A stretch of DNA of 64,000 nt from a virus (IMGVR_UViG_3300008259_000014:1-64000), one strand, 5' to 3'; shown: positions 19,736 to 29,492, numbered from the stretch's first letter. The notes: generated by a model from the letters alone, not told the origin. Numbers and translations: made by a program.

Positions 19736-21844
19736 TTATCTTGCCACAAAGGTAACCTCGCTTTCTCCATTTATTTTAGTTACATTTATAATATTATCAA
19801 ATTTTTCTTTTAAGCTTTCATCGTGTGTAATAATTAATATCTTGTATCTATCTTCTAGTGACTTTATAACATTTAAGAAAAGAGTTTCAACACCGTATCT
19901 GTCAAGAGGAGAGTTAACCTCGTCTAGCAGTAGGAACTCAAGTGAAGATCCTCCGTATTTTGATGACATTTCACTCATTGCAATTCTTAGTGAAAGAGAT
20001 ATTCTAAATTGCTCTCCACCACTTAATGACTTAAAATTGCATATTCCGCCATCCTTTCTTACTTTTAGATCAAGAGTCTCTACAACTGACACGCCATCAG
20101 ATCCTGCCCTTTGAGTCTCAAGGACTATTGCTGCTGGCTCATTGCAAATATGGTTCAATATGTTATTTGAAGTTTTTTCTAAATCTTGGATTACACTTTC
20201 CAATAGCAATGTTTGAATACCAGTCTTGCTAAGTAATTTTGTTAGCTTTTCAAATACTGATATTTTTTGCAACTTTTGATCAAGCTTTTCTTTATTTTCC
20301 TTTAATGATATCATTTTTGCATCCAAGACAGATTCTCTTTCTTGCAACCTTCCTGCTAGCTTGTCTTTTTCTGATATTTTTTGATTTATATTTTTCAAAT
20401 CATTTTCCAGGTCAACAATCTTTTTTCTTAAGCTTTGAAAATCATCATTCTTTATAGAGTCTAAAAGCTTCGTCTTTTCCTCAATCTTTTCCTTTATTTT
20501 TAAAATATCGCCAGTTAGATTATCTACCTCTGCCAGATCAGAATTATATTTACCTTCTGCAACCTCAAGCTTATACTGTGCCATCTCTTTGGAATGTAAT
20601 AGCTTTTCCTGTAATCTATTCTTTTCTATCTTTTTATTTAGAGAATCAATCTGTGAATTTAAGGAATCTGCCTCTATTTTTTCATCTTGCAACTCCTTCT
20701 TTAATTTTTCAAGCTCTTCATCGCTCGACCCAACCAAATGTTTGTGCGCATCACCCGCTATATCCTGATGGCATGTTGGGCATATCCCAAGTTTAAATTT
20801 ATCTTTTTGTTCGGTTATTTTCTCTATATCTTTCTTAAGAGAAATAAATTTTGATTTATGATAAGTTAACCTTGCATTAAGCTCTGGAAGACTATTACTA
20901 TCAACAACTTCTAAATCTCCAGTTATCTTTTCTGCTATTTTTGTCAACTGCGACCTAGCCTCTTCCAAGTCTGCGGTTGACAACTTTTTACTTTCTGTCT
21001 TGGACTTTAACTTTGCTGTATTAGATTTTCCAAGCTCTTTTAAAGAAGATATTTCTGCAGTTAATCTATCATAAGCGGCAGTATCAAGCGATTGCTTTAT
21101 TGAATCATAAGTTGATCTAGAGGTTGACAATGACTCATCTAGAGATATCTTTTTTGCTTCAAGAATTTCAAGCTCTTTGGCGGTAGACTCAGAATCTGCT
21201 TTTACCTGAGCAATAGACTGAGAAACTGAATCATACTCCTGCATCAAAGCTTGCAGTATCTTTACTTCACTTGCTAACTCTTTTGCCTTTGCTTTTGAAG
21301 CCTTCTCATATCCGTCCCATCTCGATAGATCTATTATTGACTTTAATATCTCTTTCTTCTTTGAAGCTTCTGATTCTGCAAATTCTGAAATATCATTTTG
21401 TCTGAAATAGGTTGAATTTATAAAAGTTCTATAATCTAACTTGATTATATCCTCTATTCTTTGATTTGTCTCTCCTGATGTAGATCCGGATATATCTTTC
21501 CAGTCGCCAAAAGAATCTATTGTTTTTAGCTCAATTGTAGTAGTGCTGTTTGCGGCAAATCTTGTTCTTGTTACTTTATATGTCTTTCCATCATGAAGGA
21601 ATTCCAAAGCAACCTTGCATGATAGCTCTCCCCACTTAATTACATCATCCATCATAGCCACTCTGGACTTGTTAAATAAAGCCCAAACTATTGCTTCAAA
21701 TATTGCACTTTTTCCTGCGCCATTTGACTTTCTATAGTCACCTTCTGAATTTCCAATTAATAATGCAGAGTTGAAATCCGTAAAATCAACTTCTGTGTTT
21801 TTATGTGAGAAAAAATTCTCCATCACCAATCTTGCTGGAAGCAT
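19736..21844 (-). CDS. sbcC: SbcC/Rad50 SMC-family ATPase
   Basis: SNGAGKS, Q-loop RQND, Zn hook CPTC, LSGGE, LLDE, ITH. Confidence 0.95.
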   Translation of the reverse strand: MLPARLVMENFFSHKNTEVDFTDFNSALLIGNSEGDYRKSNGAGKSAIFEAIVWALFNKSRVAMMDDVIKWGELSCKVALEFLHDGKTYKVTRTRFAANSTTTIELKTIDSFGDWKDISGSTSGETNQRIEDIIKLDYRTFINSTYFRQNDISEFAESEASKKKEILKSIIDLSRWDGYEKASKAKAKELASEVKILQALMQEYDSVSQSIAQVKADSESTAKELEILEAKKISLDESLSTSRSTYDSIKQSLDTAAYDRLTAEISSLKELGKSNTAKLKSKTESKKLSTADLEEARSQLTKIAEKITGDLEVVDSNSLPELNARLTYHKSKFISLKKDIEKITEQKDKFKLGICPTCHQDIAGDAHKHLVGSSDEELEKLKKELQDEKIEADSLNSQIDSLNKKIEKNRLQEKLLHSKEMAQYKLEVAEGKYNSDLAEVDNLTGDILKIKEKIEEKTKLLDSIKNDDFQSLRKKIVDLENDLKNINQKISEKDKLAGRLQERESVLDAKMISLKENKEKLDQKLQKISVFEKLTKLLSKTGIQTLLLESVIQDLEKTSNNILNHICNEPAAIVLETQRAGSDGVSVVETLDLKVRKDGGICNFKSLSGGEQFRISLSLRIAMSEMSSKYGGSSLEFLLLDEVNSPLDRYGVETLFLNVIKSLEDRYKILIITHDESLKEKFDNIINVTKINGESEVTFVAR

Positions 21845-21854
21845 GTATTCTCCT

Positions 21855-23018
21855 TTAGCTAATTATATCTTTTGCTTCTTTTAGAATTTCTTCTTTAAAG
21901 ACTTTGTCCAACTCTTGCGATTCTAAGAATGCTTTGAATATAGAAATGTCATCAGAGTGATTTAAAACACTTTCATTTTTAACTACTCTTTTAATTATTG
22001 GCTCTATAATAATCTTTGATACATAAAAAGATCCAAGCTCGTAAAGTTTAGATTGAATGACATTTCTTTCAATAGCTGGTACAAACTTCTCTTCTACAAG
22101 AATTTTTAACCTAACCACTTTATTATTTAAATCAAATGATTCAATCTCTGAGTTTAAGGCGGAAACTATATTGCTAAAGTCAAAGCCAGATAAATCAACC
22201 ACTTTGTCAGCAAGATCTCTTATAGGAAGCTTTATTGTTTTCAGGTCTTTGTTTTTAAAGTTGTAATCAAACAAAAACTTATCTATATTCATATCTCCAA
22301 AATTTGTTCTCTCCATAGAGCCTGTATATATTGCAGTTACAGATTCATTTTTTAGCTTTCTAGAGTTATGAAGATGTCCCATCATTGCAATATCGCATCC
22401 CTCAAATGATGCAGGATCTATCATAACCTCTGATCCACCATAGTCCTGATATGAACCTTCGTAAAAGAAGTTATGACCAACTGCAATGATCGGATCTTTA
22501 TTTTGCAAATATTTTATGTTTGCTTTTATCTGATTATCTAATGCAATTGATTGCTCTTTATTATTCTTTCCTGCAAACATCCTTCTATCTCTATATGGAA
22601 TTAGAAACAGGTTTGCTGATTCGCCTGATGATGCCGTAAAATGTATCATCTTTGGATCAATAAGAACTTTTACGTTTGCAAGCTCTGCGCAAGAAAGGGA
22701 TAGTATAGAGCTTGTATAGCCGTTGCTTGTCTTTTTATAGTCATGGTTACCCATGATGATAAAGGAGGCTACGTTTGCATTTGAGAGCCTTTTAAAAGCC
22801 GCATCTGCTATAGCCATATGCTCAAGCGTTGGATTTCTAACCTCGAACAAATCTCCTGTCTGGATAAATAAATCTGCCCTTGTATCAATTGCATAATCTA
22901 CAATCCAATTTAGAGTTTTGGCATAATCATCAACCCTTGTGTTTCCACCGTTTTTATTTGGGCCTCCCAAACCAAACACAGCTCCAATGTGTACATCTCC
23001 GCAAATAACGGCCCTCAT
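21855..23018 (-). CDS. sbcD: SbcD/Mre11 nuclease
   Basis: GDVHIG, GDLF, GNHD, GHLH, YTGS. Confidence 0.95.
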   Translation of the reverse strand: MRAVICGDVHIGAVFGLGGPNKNGGNTRVDDYAKTLNWIVDYAIDTRADLFIQTGDLFEVRNPTLEHMAIADAAFKRLSNANVASFIIMGNHDYKKTSNGYTSSILSLSCAELANVKVLIDPKMIHFTASSGESANLFLIPYRDRRMFAGKNNKEQSIALDNQIKANIKYLQNKDPIIAVGHNFFYEGSYQDYGGSEVMIDPASFEGCDIAMMGHLHNSRKLKNESVTAIYTGSMERTNFGDMNIDKFLFDYNFKNKDLKTIKLPIRDLADKVVDLSGFDFSNIVSALNSEIESFDLNNKVVRLKILVEEKFVPAIERNVIQSKLYELGSFYVSKIIIEPIIKRVVKNESVLNHSDDISIFKAFLESQELDKVFKEEILKEAKDIIS

Positions 23019-23563
23019 AGATCAACTCCTTTTAGCATAGCATATTCTCTTATTTTATCTAGAATCTTTAAAGCACCACTAACATCATATTGATCTAGTG
23101 AGTCTATTTTCTGATCAACGGCCTTTGAAAGATTATCTATCCACTCTTCTTCATCTTTTAAGTTATTATACAGATATCTGAAAGCTTGAGATATTTCCAT
23201 TAATATGGAAAAGTTACTTGTCTTTATATCAAACTCTTGAGTATCTGGCTTTATAGCCGGATCAATCATATTAGATAGATCAATCATCGCCTTTGAAAAA
23301 TCTACTGAATTTATAAGCATATAAAAATCAATAGGATTATTGCTGGCGCCACAACCAAAGCAGTAAAAATTATTATTTACAGAATCTATAAATAAAGATT
23401 TTGTTCTTTCCTTTCCTCCGTTATGAGTGGAGAACGGGCATTTGCACCTGTGTGTGAAATTTCCAGAAAGCGACTGCTCTACTGATATTGAATAAGATTC
23501 GCAAAGATCAAGTATTCTCACTAGTTTTAAAATTTGATTTTTAGAATACCTTCTTTTTTCCAT
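23015..23563 (-). CDS. Stand-alone CHC2 primase-type zinc-finger protein
   Basis: CPF..H...ERT.S......FYCFGCG....IDF; no TOPRIM domain. Confidence 0.8.
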   Translation of the reverse strand: MEKRRYSKNQILKLVRILDLCESYSISVEQSLSGNFTHRCKCPFSTHNGGKERTKSLFIDSVNNNFYCFGCGASNNPIDFYMLINSVDFSKAMIDLSNMIDPAIKPDTQEFDIKTSNFSILMEISQAFRYLYNNLKDEEEWIDNLSKAVDQKIDSLDQYDVSGALKILDKIREYAMLKGVDL

Positions 23564-23652
23564 TGGACTCCCTTTATATTACAATCTGAACAATTTATTA
23601 GGGAAGTTGCTTTTATTAAGAATATTGGCGCAAAACCTTGCCGCCCAATAGC

Positions 23653-23680
23653 AAAATAGCCACCTGGTTTTGGGTGGCAA
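23653..23680 (-). promoter_or_regulatory. Promoter TTGCCA-N16-TATTTT
   Basis: Upstream A-tract, GCCACC/GGTGGC dyad across the spacer, imperfect +1 hairpin at 23624-23649. Confidence 0.6.
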
Positions 23681-23703
23681 CATTTTTTTTAGTAATTAGA
23701 ATA

Positions 23704-24060
23704 TTATGTTTTTTGCTTCTTAAGCCTTTCTATTTCTCTTTTCAAGTTTAAAATATCAACTTCAAGCTTTACATTATCATCCTTTACTTTCAATATAGAT
23801 CTCAGGCAAAGAACTATAAGGCCAAATATTCCCTCGCCTGGATTGTTTGTATCCAGCTCGTCAGCAGCAACTAAAAGTCTATTTAGTGTAGATACAACAT
23901 TATTTTGATAAGAGGTTGTTTGATTATCAGGATGCGTCTTGTCAACCAATAAAGTTTTAAAATCATTTATTGCAGACTCTGCTTTCTTTTTTATTGCTCC
24001 CTTTTTCATATCAAGATAATTAGATCCTGGATTTCTTATTTCTTCCGACACTTTCAACAT
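23704..24060 (-). CDS. Hypothetical coiled-coil protein
   Basis: ORF with RBS AGGAGG. Confidence 0.6.
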   Translation of the reverse strand: MLKVSEEIRNPGSNYLDMKKGAIKKKAESAINDFKTLLVDKTHPDNQTTSYQNNVVSTLNRLLVAADELDTNNPGEGIFGLIVLCLRSILKVKDDNVKLEVDILNLKREIERLKKQKT

Positions 24061-24370
24061 CCTCCTTTAATACCATCATTAGATAAACTCCACAGTTTTT
24101 ATGCATCTTTAAAAAAGATTGTATACCTGGAAGCTTATTATCATCTAAAACTTTAAAATTTTTAAACAAAAGATTTATTATATTTCCAACTACTTGTGTT
24201 TCAGTGCAAGGGCCGTCTATTAGCTTTGCAGTATTTTCTATAAAGTTTATAGCTTTTTTATTATCATAAATTTTCTCTATATCAATTATTGGGTTTGCTA
24301 CAGAATTACACTGAATCATATCGCATTCATCATAATAGCCATTGCATCCTAATATTAAATAAGCCTTCAT
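24020..24370 (-). CDS. Hypothetical protein
   Basis: ORF with RBS GGAG. Confidence 0.55.
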   Translation of the reverse strand: MKAYLILGCNGYYDECDMIQCNSVANPIIDIEKIYDNKKAINFIENTAKLIDGPCTETQVVGNIINLLFKNFKVLDDNKLPGIQSFLKMHKNCGVYLMMVLKEDVESVGRNKKSRI

Positions 24371-24384
24371 TGAAGCTCCAAATA

Positions 24385-25821
24385 TTAATTAGCAAAGTTT
24401 GGAAGAGACCCGCCCATTAAAACTGACCATATTATAACGTTTGATTCATTATACATTGATATAATTTCAGCCCATTCACCAGCCTCTATATGTAGAGTTG
24501 TACTTGAAAGCAATCCATTTGCATGAGTTTCTATTCCTCCGGCCCAATGTATATCTAAGTGTCCAATACCATGATTTGCTACAGATATAACTCTTCCAAG
24601 CTCTAGAGCTGGGTTTTCCAGCTCAAAGGTAAATCTAGTTCCCTGATCTAACGGAGAGTATCTGTAATATCTATAATTTAATGATGCATCATTTACAGTC
24701 TGAGTTACTGTAGAAGCCATTGTTCTAACTCCTCCACAAAATAACTTTGATTCATATCTTGTATATGATCTTAGATTTATAATGCTAGAGTCAGATTGTG
24801 ATCCTATATTTATAGTTGACTTAGCTAGGCCAGCTTTGTTAGAAGTTGCAATATTTACAACTTGTTCAGCAGTATTAGAGTTTCCTATATTTATATTTGA
24901 ATTTTGATTAAAAATATTTGCAGCAATATCTGTTAACGACCTTATATCACCAATGTCTATCCTTAGATATCCAATAGTTACCATAACGTTTCCACTGTCA
25001 TCTATTGTTACAGAAGAGTCCTTTATAATCTTTCCTGTATCACCACTGTATCTTGCTATTGCATTTGGGGTGGCAGATGCTGGACCAACAACATCTCCTA
25101 AGTTCTGAGTTATAGTAACCCACTCTAATCCAGAACCACTAATATTATTTGCTTTTAAAAACTTTCCATTTGCTCCAGCAGGAAGAACAGCGAAATCTGT
25201 TCCGTCAAAAGTCAGCAAGTCGCCCTTTGTAGTAAATGGCACTAAGTCATCCAAGGTTGGCATGGCAGGAATTGTTACATCTAATCTTATCTCGTCATCA
25301 ACTACAGAGACACCTATATCATTTAGTCCAATGATTTTTACTATTTGATTTTCTAATGATAAATCATTTTGAAGCGTAAGCTCTGCTATACCGGGATCTC
25401 CTTGTATAGCTGAAAGTGTGTACTCTGTATCTCTTGATGTTATCCTAACTGAGTTATCAATAACACTTCCAAGAAATGAAATATTATCTCCAGCAACAAG
25501 ATTTATTATGCTTGATGCATTATCTGCATTTATTGTTAAATCTCCATCCGCAGCGCCCGTTCCATACTCTGAAAGCTCGATACTTGAATATATGCCGCCA
25601 TCTATATTTGTTATAGCCAACATCCCTTCAACATCTGTTGATAGATCTATCTTTTGCGCATGTCCGTCCAATCTTTGCCCGTCATGCTTATGACCATAGG
25701 CTGGATTTCCAAGTACTGTTAATCCATTTTGTGCATAGTAAAATGTATTCATAAAACTGCCTGTTAAGACAGTCCCATTGTCTGTAAAGTAAGTTAGCTT
25801 ATTGCTATTATTAGAGGCCAC
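24385..25821 (-). CDS. Virion fibre/decoration-type protein
   Basis: G/S/T/N-rich; GHKHDG, TTKGDLLTFDG..LPAGANG.FL, GDVVGPASATPNAIARY modules typical of phage fibre proteins. Confidence 0.65.
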   Translation of the reverse strand: MASNNSNKLTYFTDNGTVLTGSFMNTFYYAQNGLTVLGNPAYGHKHDGQRLDGHAQKIDLSTDVEGMLAITNIDGGIYSSIELSEYGTGAADGDLTINADNASSIINLVAGDNISFLGSVIDNSVRITSRDTEYTLSAIQGDPGIAELTLQNDLSLENQIVKIIGLNDIGVSVVDDEIRLDVTIPAMPTLDDLVPFTTKGDLLTFDGTDFAVLPAGANGKFLKANNISGSGLEWVTITQNLGDVVGPASATPNAIARYSGDTGKIIKDSSVTIDDSGNVMVTIGYLRIDIGDIRSLTDIAANIFNQNSNINIGNSNTAEQVVNIATSNKAGLAKSTINIGSQSDSSIINLRSYTRYESKLFCGGVRTMASTVTQTVNDASLNYRYYRYSPLDQGTRFTFELENPALELGRVISVANHGIGHLDIHWAGGIETHANGLLSSTTLHIEAGEWAEIISMYNESNVIIWSVLMGGSLPNFAN

Positions 25822-25830
25822 AAGAAACTC

Positions 25831-26109
25831 CTATTTTTTTAACTTATTTTTTATCTTATCACTTGGCTTGAATTTAAGTGATTTGTATGGCACCAATAGC
25901 ATTGGCTCTGATGTTTTTGGATTTCTAACTGGCCTTTCCTTGTGGTCATAGAGAAAAAATTTTCCAAAACCAACTATAGAAACTTCTTCATCGTTTAACA
26001 GAGACTCTTCAATATATTCAAAGATCTCTTCAACAATTTTGATACTTTCTTTTGCTGTAACAAGATTTTTCTCAGAAATTTTTCTTGCTATATCTTTTTT
26101 ATTGATCAT
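25831..26109 (-). CDS. HU/IHF-family DNA-binding protein
   Basis: MINKKDIA..., VSIVGFGKF, RNPKT, LKFKPS. Confidence 0.92.
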   Translation of the reverse strand: MINKKDIARKISEKNLVTAKESIKIVEEIFEYIEESLLNDEEVSIVGFGKFFLYDHKERPVRNPKTSEPMLLVPYKSLKFKPSDKIKNKLKK

Positions 26110-26119
26110 ATGCAAATCC

Positions 26120-26154
26120 TGTGCGCACACGCGCGCGTGCGTGCGCGTGTGTAT
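26120..26154. repeat. 35-bp perfectly alternating purine-pyrimidine tract (Z-DNA/hairpin prone)
   Basis: TGTGCGCACACGCGCGCGTGCGTGCGCGTGTGTAT. Confidence 0.85.
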
Positions 26155-26169
26155 TTTTTATATACATGA

Positions 26170-26385
26170 CTAAGAAGAAGCAGATGCTTTTTTCTTTTTC
26201 ATATCTTTGATAGCATCATCTAATTGCTTTGGATTAGAGATAAAGCTATCAACAAGGTTGTCTACCTCATCAGTATCCATATCTTGTAGGCTAGAATCGC
26301 ATATTTCATAAAGTTCTTCTAACTTTAACTTTATATTATTTCTAAGATTTTCTTGCGACTTATTAGTTGGTTTGTAGTCAGACAT
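26170..26385 (-). CDS. Hypothetical protein
   Basis: ORF overlapping the upstream gene. Confidence 0.5.
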   Translation of the reverse strand: MSDYKPTNKSQENLRNNIKLKLEELYEICDSSLQDMDTDEVDNLVDSFISNPKQLDDAIKDMKKKKASASS

Positions 26386-26773
26386 TAAAATTCTCTTCTT
26401 TATCTCTAGATTTATTAACTATACTCTTGCATATATCTATCATATTTGATTTTGACATATCCAATTTAAAGCTATTTATGCAATAAGCACACCATACTAC
26501 ATTCCCCTTAATATATCCTAGCTCTGAGTCCAGCCTATCCAAAGTCATTTTAAAATTATCGTGAAGATTTTTTTCAGATTTCTTGACGATATTAATGGGA
26601 AGTCCTGAGTAATAACATTTGCCAGATTGCTCTTTATACAGCTTTTTAATATAATCTAAATCAATTTCAAATTTCAAACCTTTTTTGGTTGATCTTTTTT
26701 TTGCATTGTTTAATGCTTTATTAAACATTAGATTTGGATTATCATTACACCTTGCATTCCAGCTTTTACTCAT
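26378..26773 (-). CDS. His-Me finger (HNH-like) endonuclease
   Basis: Q.GKCYYSG, LDRLDS..GY..GNVVWC...N. Confidence 0.75.
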   Translation of the reverse strand: MSKSWNARCNDNPNLMFNKALNNAKKRSTKKGLKFEIDLDYIKKLYKEQSGKCYYSGLPINIVKKSEKNLHDNFKMTLDRLDSELGYIKGNVVWCAYCINSFKLDMSKSNMIDICKSIVNKSRDKEENFNV

Positions 26774-26776
26774 TGC

Positions 26777-27028
26777 TTACTCTGCTGGCTTATTAAAAAC
26801 ATTAACCATTACCTTGGTTCCCATTTTTGCCCCTGCAGCTTTAGCAACAGTTCTTAGTGCTGATGCAATTCTTCCGTCCTTTCCTATAACTTTTCCTACA
26901 TCACCTTTTGAAACCTTAATCTGAAACAACTTGCCTTCACTAGTAGAAGGCAGTTCCTCTACAATAATTGCGCTTTGATCATCTACTATGGCTGCGGTCA
27001 TACATCTTAATAATTCAGGTATATTCAT
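26777..27028 (-). CDS. khpA: KH-domain RNA-binding protein (KhpA/YlqC family)
   Basis: IVDD....V, DVGKVIGKDGRIASALRTV (GxxG loop). Confidence 0.88.
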   Translation of the reverse strand: MNIPELLRCMTAAIVDDQSAIIVEELPSTSEGKLFQIKVSKGDVGKVIGKDGRIASALRTVAKAAGAKMGTKVMVNVFNKPAE

Positions 27029-27029
27029 C

Positions 27030-27545
27030 TTAACTCTCCATTACATTGATTGAAACTTGTTTTAAACTTTTCTTTGGGATTGATACTTCTAACAACCCAT
27101 TCTTCATTGTTGCCTTTGTCTCTAATGGGTTGAAAAGACTATGAAGAGTAAATCTTACTTTAAAGTTTCTTCTTGCTATACCTCTTATTATAGATCCTAC
27201 TTGTAGTGCAGGCTTTGGATGTGAACTCTGCGCTACTTCCGCTTCACTTCTAGATTTATCTACATCATCTTCTTTTTGAAGAGAAGATTGTATCACGATA
27301 TCAGTATCGGTTGCAGATACTGATATATCTTCTGGTGAATAACCTGCAAGCGCAAATGCCATCTTTAACATATCTTCTTCCATATACTGATCGTATCTTG
27401 GAAATTTTACGTCTGCGGACTGATATTTTTTATTTAAGGTTATCTCTCTAAAAAACTCCTCATCATTCCATATAAGATCATTAACTCTTCCTGGTATTGA
27501 AGCTCTAACTATATTTTCAGTTTTACTCATCTTTTTCAACTCCAT
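27030..27545 (-). CDS. Small heat-shock protein (IbpA-like)
   Basis: FPRYD, ALAGYS.EDI, RGIARRNF...F, A.MKNGLL.V.IP. Confidence 0.9.
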   Translation of the reverse strand: MELKKMSKTENIVRASIPGRVNDLIWNDEEFFREITLNKKYQSADVKFPRYDQYMEEDMLKMAFALAGYSPEDISVSATDTDIVIQSSLQKEDDVDKSRSEAEVAQSSHPKPALQVGSIIRGIARRNFKVRFTLHSLFNPLETKATMKNGLLEVSIPKKSLKQVSINVMES

Positions 27546-27825
27546 CAGTAGTCATTACTGTAAAATAATTTCCTATTGCATCAAATGCTGTAACTACATT
27601 GTATATAGTCCAGCTAAATAAACTGGTAAGAAGTGCCAGTCCAATATAATTGGATCCTATTATTATAGATCCAATTAATCCAACCCAAAAGCCAAAGCAC
27701 ATTGGGCATGATATCCAATATCCTAGTGTATCACTCTTTCTCTTTGCAAATTCCCTTACTGGTAGGAAGATTTCGCTATGAACTATTATTAAAGTAACTG
27801 ATACAAGACAAAGCAGTGTGTACAT
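27523..27825 (-). CDS. Small membrane protein (DUF1360-like)
   Basis: Hydrophobic helices and CPMCFGFW. Confidence 0.6.
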   Translation of the reverse strand: MYTLLCLVSVTLIIVHSEIFLPVREFAKRKSDTLGYWISCPMCFGFWVGLIGSIIIGSNYIGLALLTSLFSWTIYNVVTAFDAIGNYFTVMTTDGVEKDE

Positions 27826-27915
27826 TTTTCATTCCTTTTATACTATTGAATAACTAGTATATTTATACTTTATATGCAGTTGATAATCAAACGGTTTTAA
27901 GACAGCTCATTATCA

Positions 27916-28028
27916 ATTTCGTATGTTTTTGCATGGCAGGGGGGGGGCTGTCTGCCTTTTGCAGATTTCGAATGTTTTTGCACGGCGGGGGAGGGGCAGC
28001 CCGGTTATCAATTATAATAACCGGGCTG
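27916..28028. repeat. Two 33-bp imperfect direct repeats with G-tracts plus an adjacent 12-bp inverted repeat
   Basis: 27916-27948 vs 27965-27997 (29/33 identical); CAGCCCGGTTAT / ATAACCGGGCTG at 27997-28028. Confidence 0.85.
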
Positions 28029-28092
28029 GTTACCGCCATCTACAGATTTTTTTGTTTCAATAGTCATCTGTCCCTTACCCTTATCTATTTTG

Positions 28093-28971
28093 TCAGATAT
28101 TGTGGTTATACTTTACCTTACCACCAAGCATGTATTCTTTGTTTTTTGATAGTTTTGAGTAAAACAACTCTGGATCTATGCCGCATAAGCCGGACATTTG
28201 TCCGTCATTAATATCTGTTACAATCCATCTGTTGGAGTTTTTGACCTGAGCAACATCTATTGAATAGAAGCTTGCCCAGTTACACTCAGATATTTTTCCA
28301 GCTATATAATTAACACAGTCTTCTGCATCAGAAGTAAATGTTGCTTTACCTGAAAACTCTGGATAACTATTTGCAAAATAGTAATTTTTAGCTATAAATC
28401 TTGGCTTAAGATTGTTTTGATTGCCAATCCAAAAAGTCCTCCATTCATTTACAATTGGAAGTCCTCCAATTGATATGCCAAATGTTTCCAGCTCTATAAA
28501 TTCTTTTGCTATTATACCCTGACTTGATAGAAGGCTATCCTCTTGAAGCCTTTGAGCTACAAGTATAGCATCCTTCTTGTTCTTAGCAAACATATGTGTG
28601 TTCCACATTTGCTTTCTGCTATTTACTCTTCCTTTTAAAAGGAAAGACTTTCCCTCTGGAAGATAGCTCATATTGTTATATACTTTTGGAATATAAGAAT
28701 TTGATTCTGATAGGTTTTCAGACCAGGTTTCACAATCTTCTATCCAATCATGTTGCTTCCTTGAGTTTATAAGTTTAGAGTCTATAATTTCAAGATCTCT
28801 GCAAAGTTCATTATAATAAGGTAATACTGAGTACCTACCTATTACAATGGAATTTTTATCCAAAGACATTCTTGATGTCTTTACTGTAAAATACTTCTTT
28901 GCAGCCTCAATTTCATTTTTCTCTCCAAGACCTTCTCTAAATAGTATTTCAATCCCCATTTTCAGCTCCAT
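28093..28971 (-). CDS. ATP-grasp protein (R2K/DUF4343-like)
   Basis: EWRTFW, FYSIDVA, WIVTDINDGQMSG. Confidence 0.7.
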   Translation of the reverse strand: MELKMGIEILFREGLGEKNEIEAAKKYFTVKTSRMSLDKNSIVIGRYSVLPYYNELCRDLEIIDSKLINSRKQHDWIEDCETWSENLSESNSYIPKVYNNMSYLPEGKSFLLKGRVNSRKQMWNTHMFAKNKKDAILVAQRLQEDSLLSSQGIIAKEFIELETFGISIGGLPIVNEWRTFWIGNQNNLKPRFIAKNYYFANSYPEFSGKATFTSDAEDCVNYIAGKISECNWASFYSIDVAQVKNSNRWIVTDINDGQMSGLCGIDPELFYSKLSKNKEYMLGGKVKYNHNI

Positions 28972-29167
28972 TCTTGCAAATATTACAAGTTACTTCTTCA
29001 TGGTAAAATGATACCCTTAGATTATCGCCACTTTCTTGTTTTAAGGTTATTATTTTTTTATACACTTGAGCTGCATATAAATAGTTCCACTCTTTGGTAC
29101 ATTTTATTTGTATATCACCTTGCGCAGCCCATGATATAGCATGCACATCTATATTATTACATTCCAT
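28949..29167 (-). CDS. Small Cys-containing protein
   Basis: H..C..VTCNIC. Confidence 0.5.
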   Translation of the reverse strand: MECNNIDVHAISWAAQGDIQIKCTKEWNYLYAAQVYKKIITLKQESGDNLRVSFYHEEVTCNICKNGAENGD

Positions 29168-29492
29168 CTAGTAGCCTATCTAGCCAAGAATCCTGGTCAT
29201 CATGCATCACATTATCTGGCCAATCTTGATTTTTATGGATCTCCAAGCAATCTAATTGATTAGGTTCTTCTATTGGCAATGATGAAGTAATTGAGCTAAG
29301 CCTTCTATCTATGCGCTCAAGGTCCACCACTAAAGATCCTAAAACTCTATAACTCATACTCTCTTCGTCAAGAGATTCTAATCTTTCTTCCGCCATAAGC
29401 ATTGAAGTGGCGCCCTCAAGACTCTTTAGGGTCTCTTTTTTAAGCTCAAGTAGTACAGCTAATTTTCCAATTTTTTCATAAATATTTTCCAT
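29157..29492 (-). CDS. Hypothetical protein
   Basis: ORF within operon. Confidence 0.55.
   Translation of the reverse strand: MENIYEKIGKLAVLLELKKETLKSLEGATSMLMAEERLESLDEESMSYRVLGSLVVDLERIDRRLSSITSSLPIEEPNQLDCLEIHKNQDWPDNVMHDDQDSWLDRLLDGM

Noticed and set aside
27916-27997. Mini CRISPR array
   Set aside because: Only two imperfect repeats with a 16-bp gap; the Cas4-like nuclease at 17990 lies in a recombination operon with no other cas genes.
27887-28039. 50-aa Pro-rich ORF across the repeats
   Set aside because: No RBS, and the two repeats are read in different frames, so the conservation is at nucleotide level.
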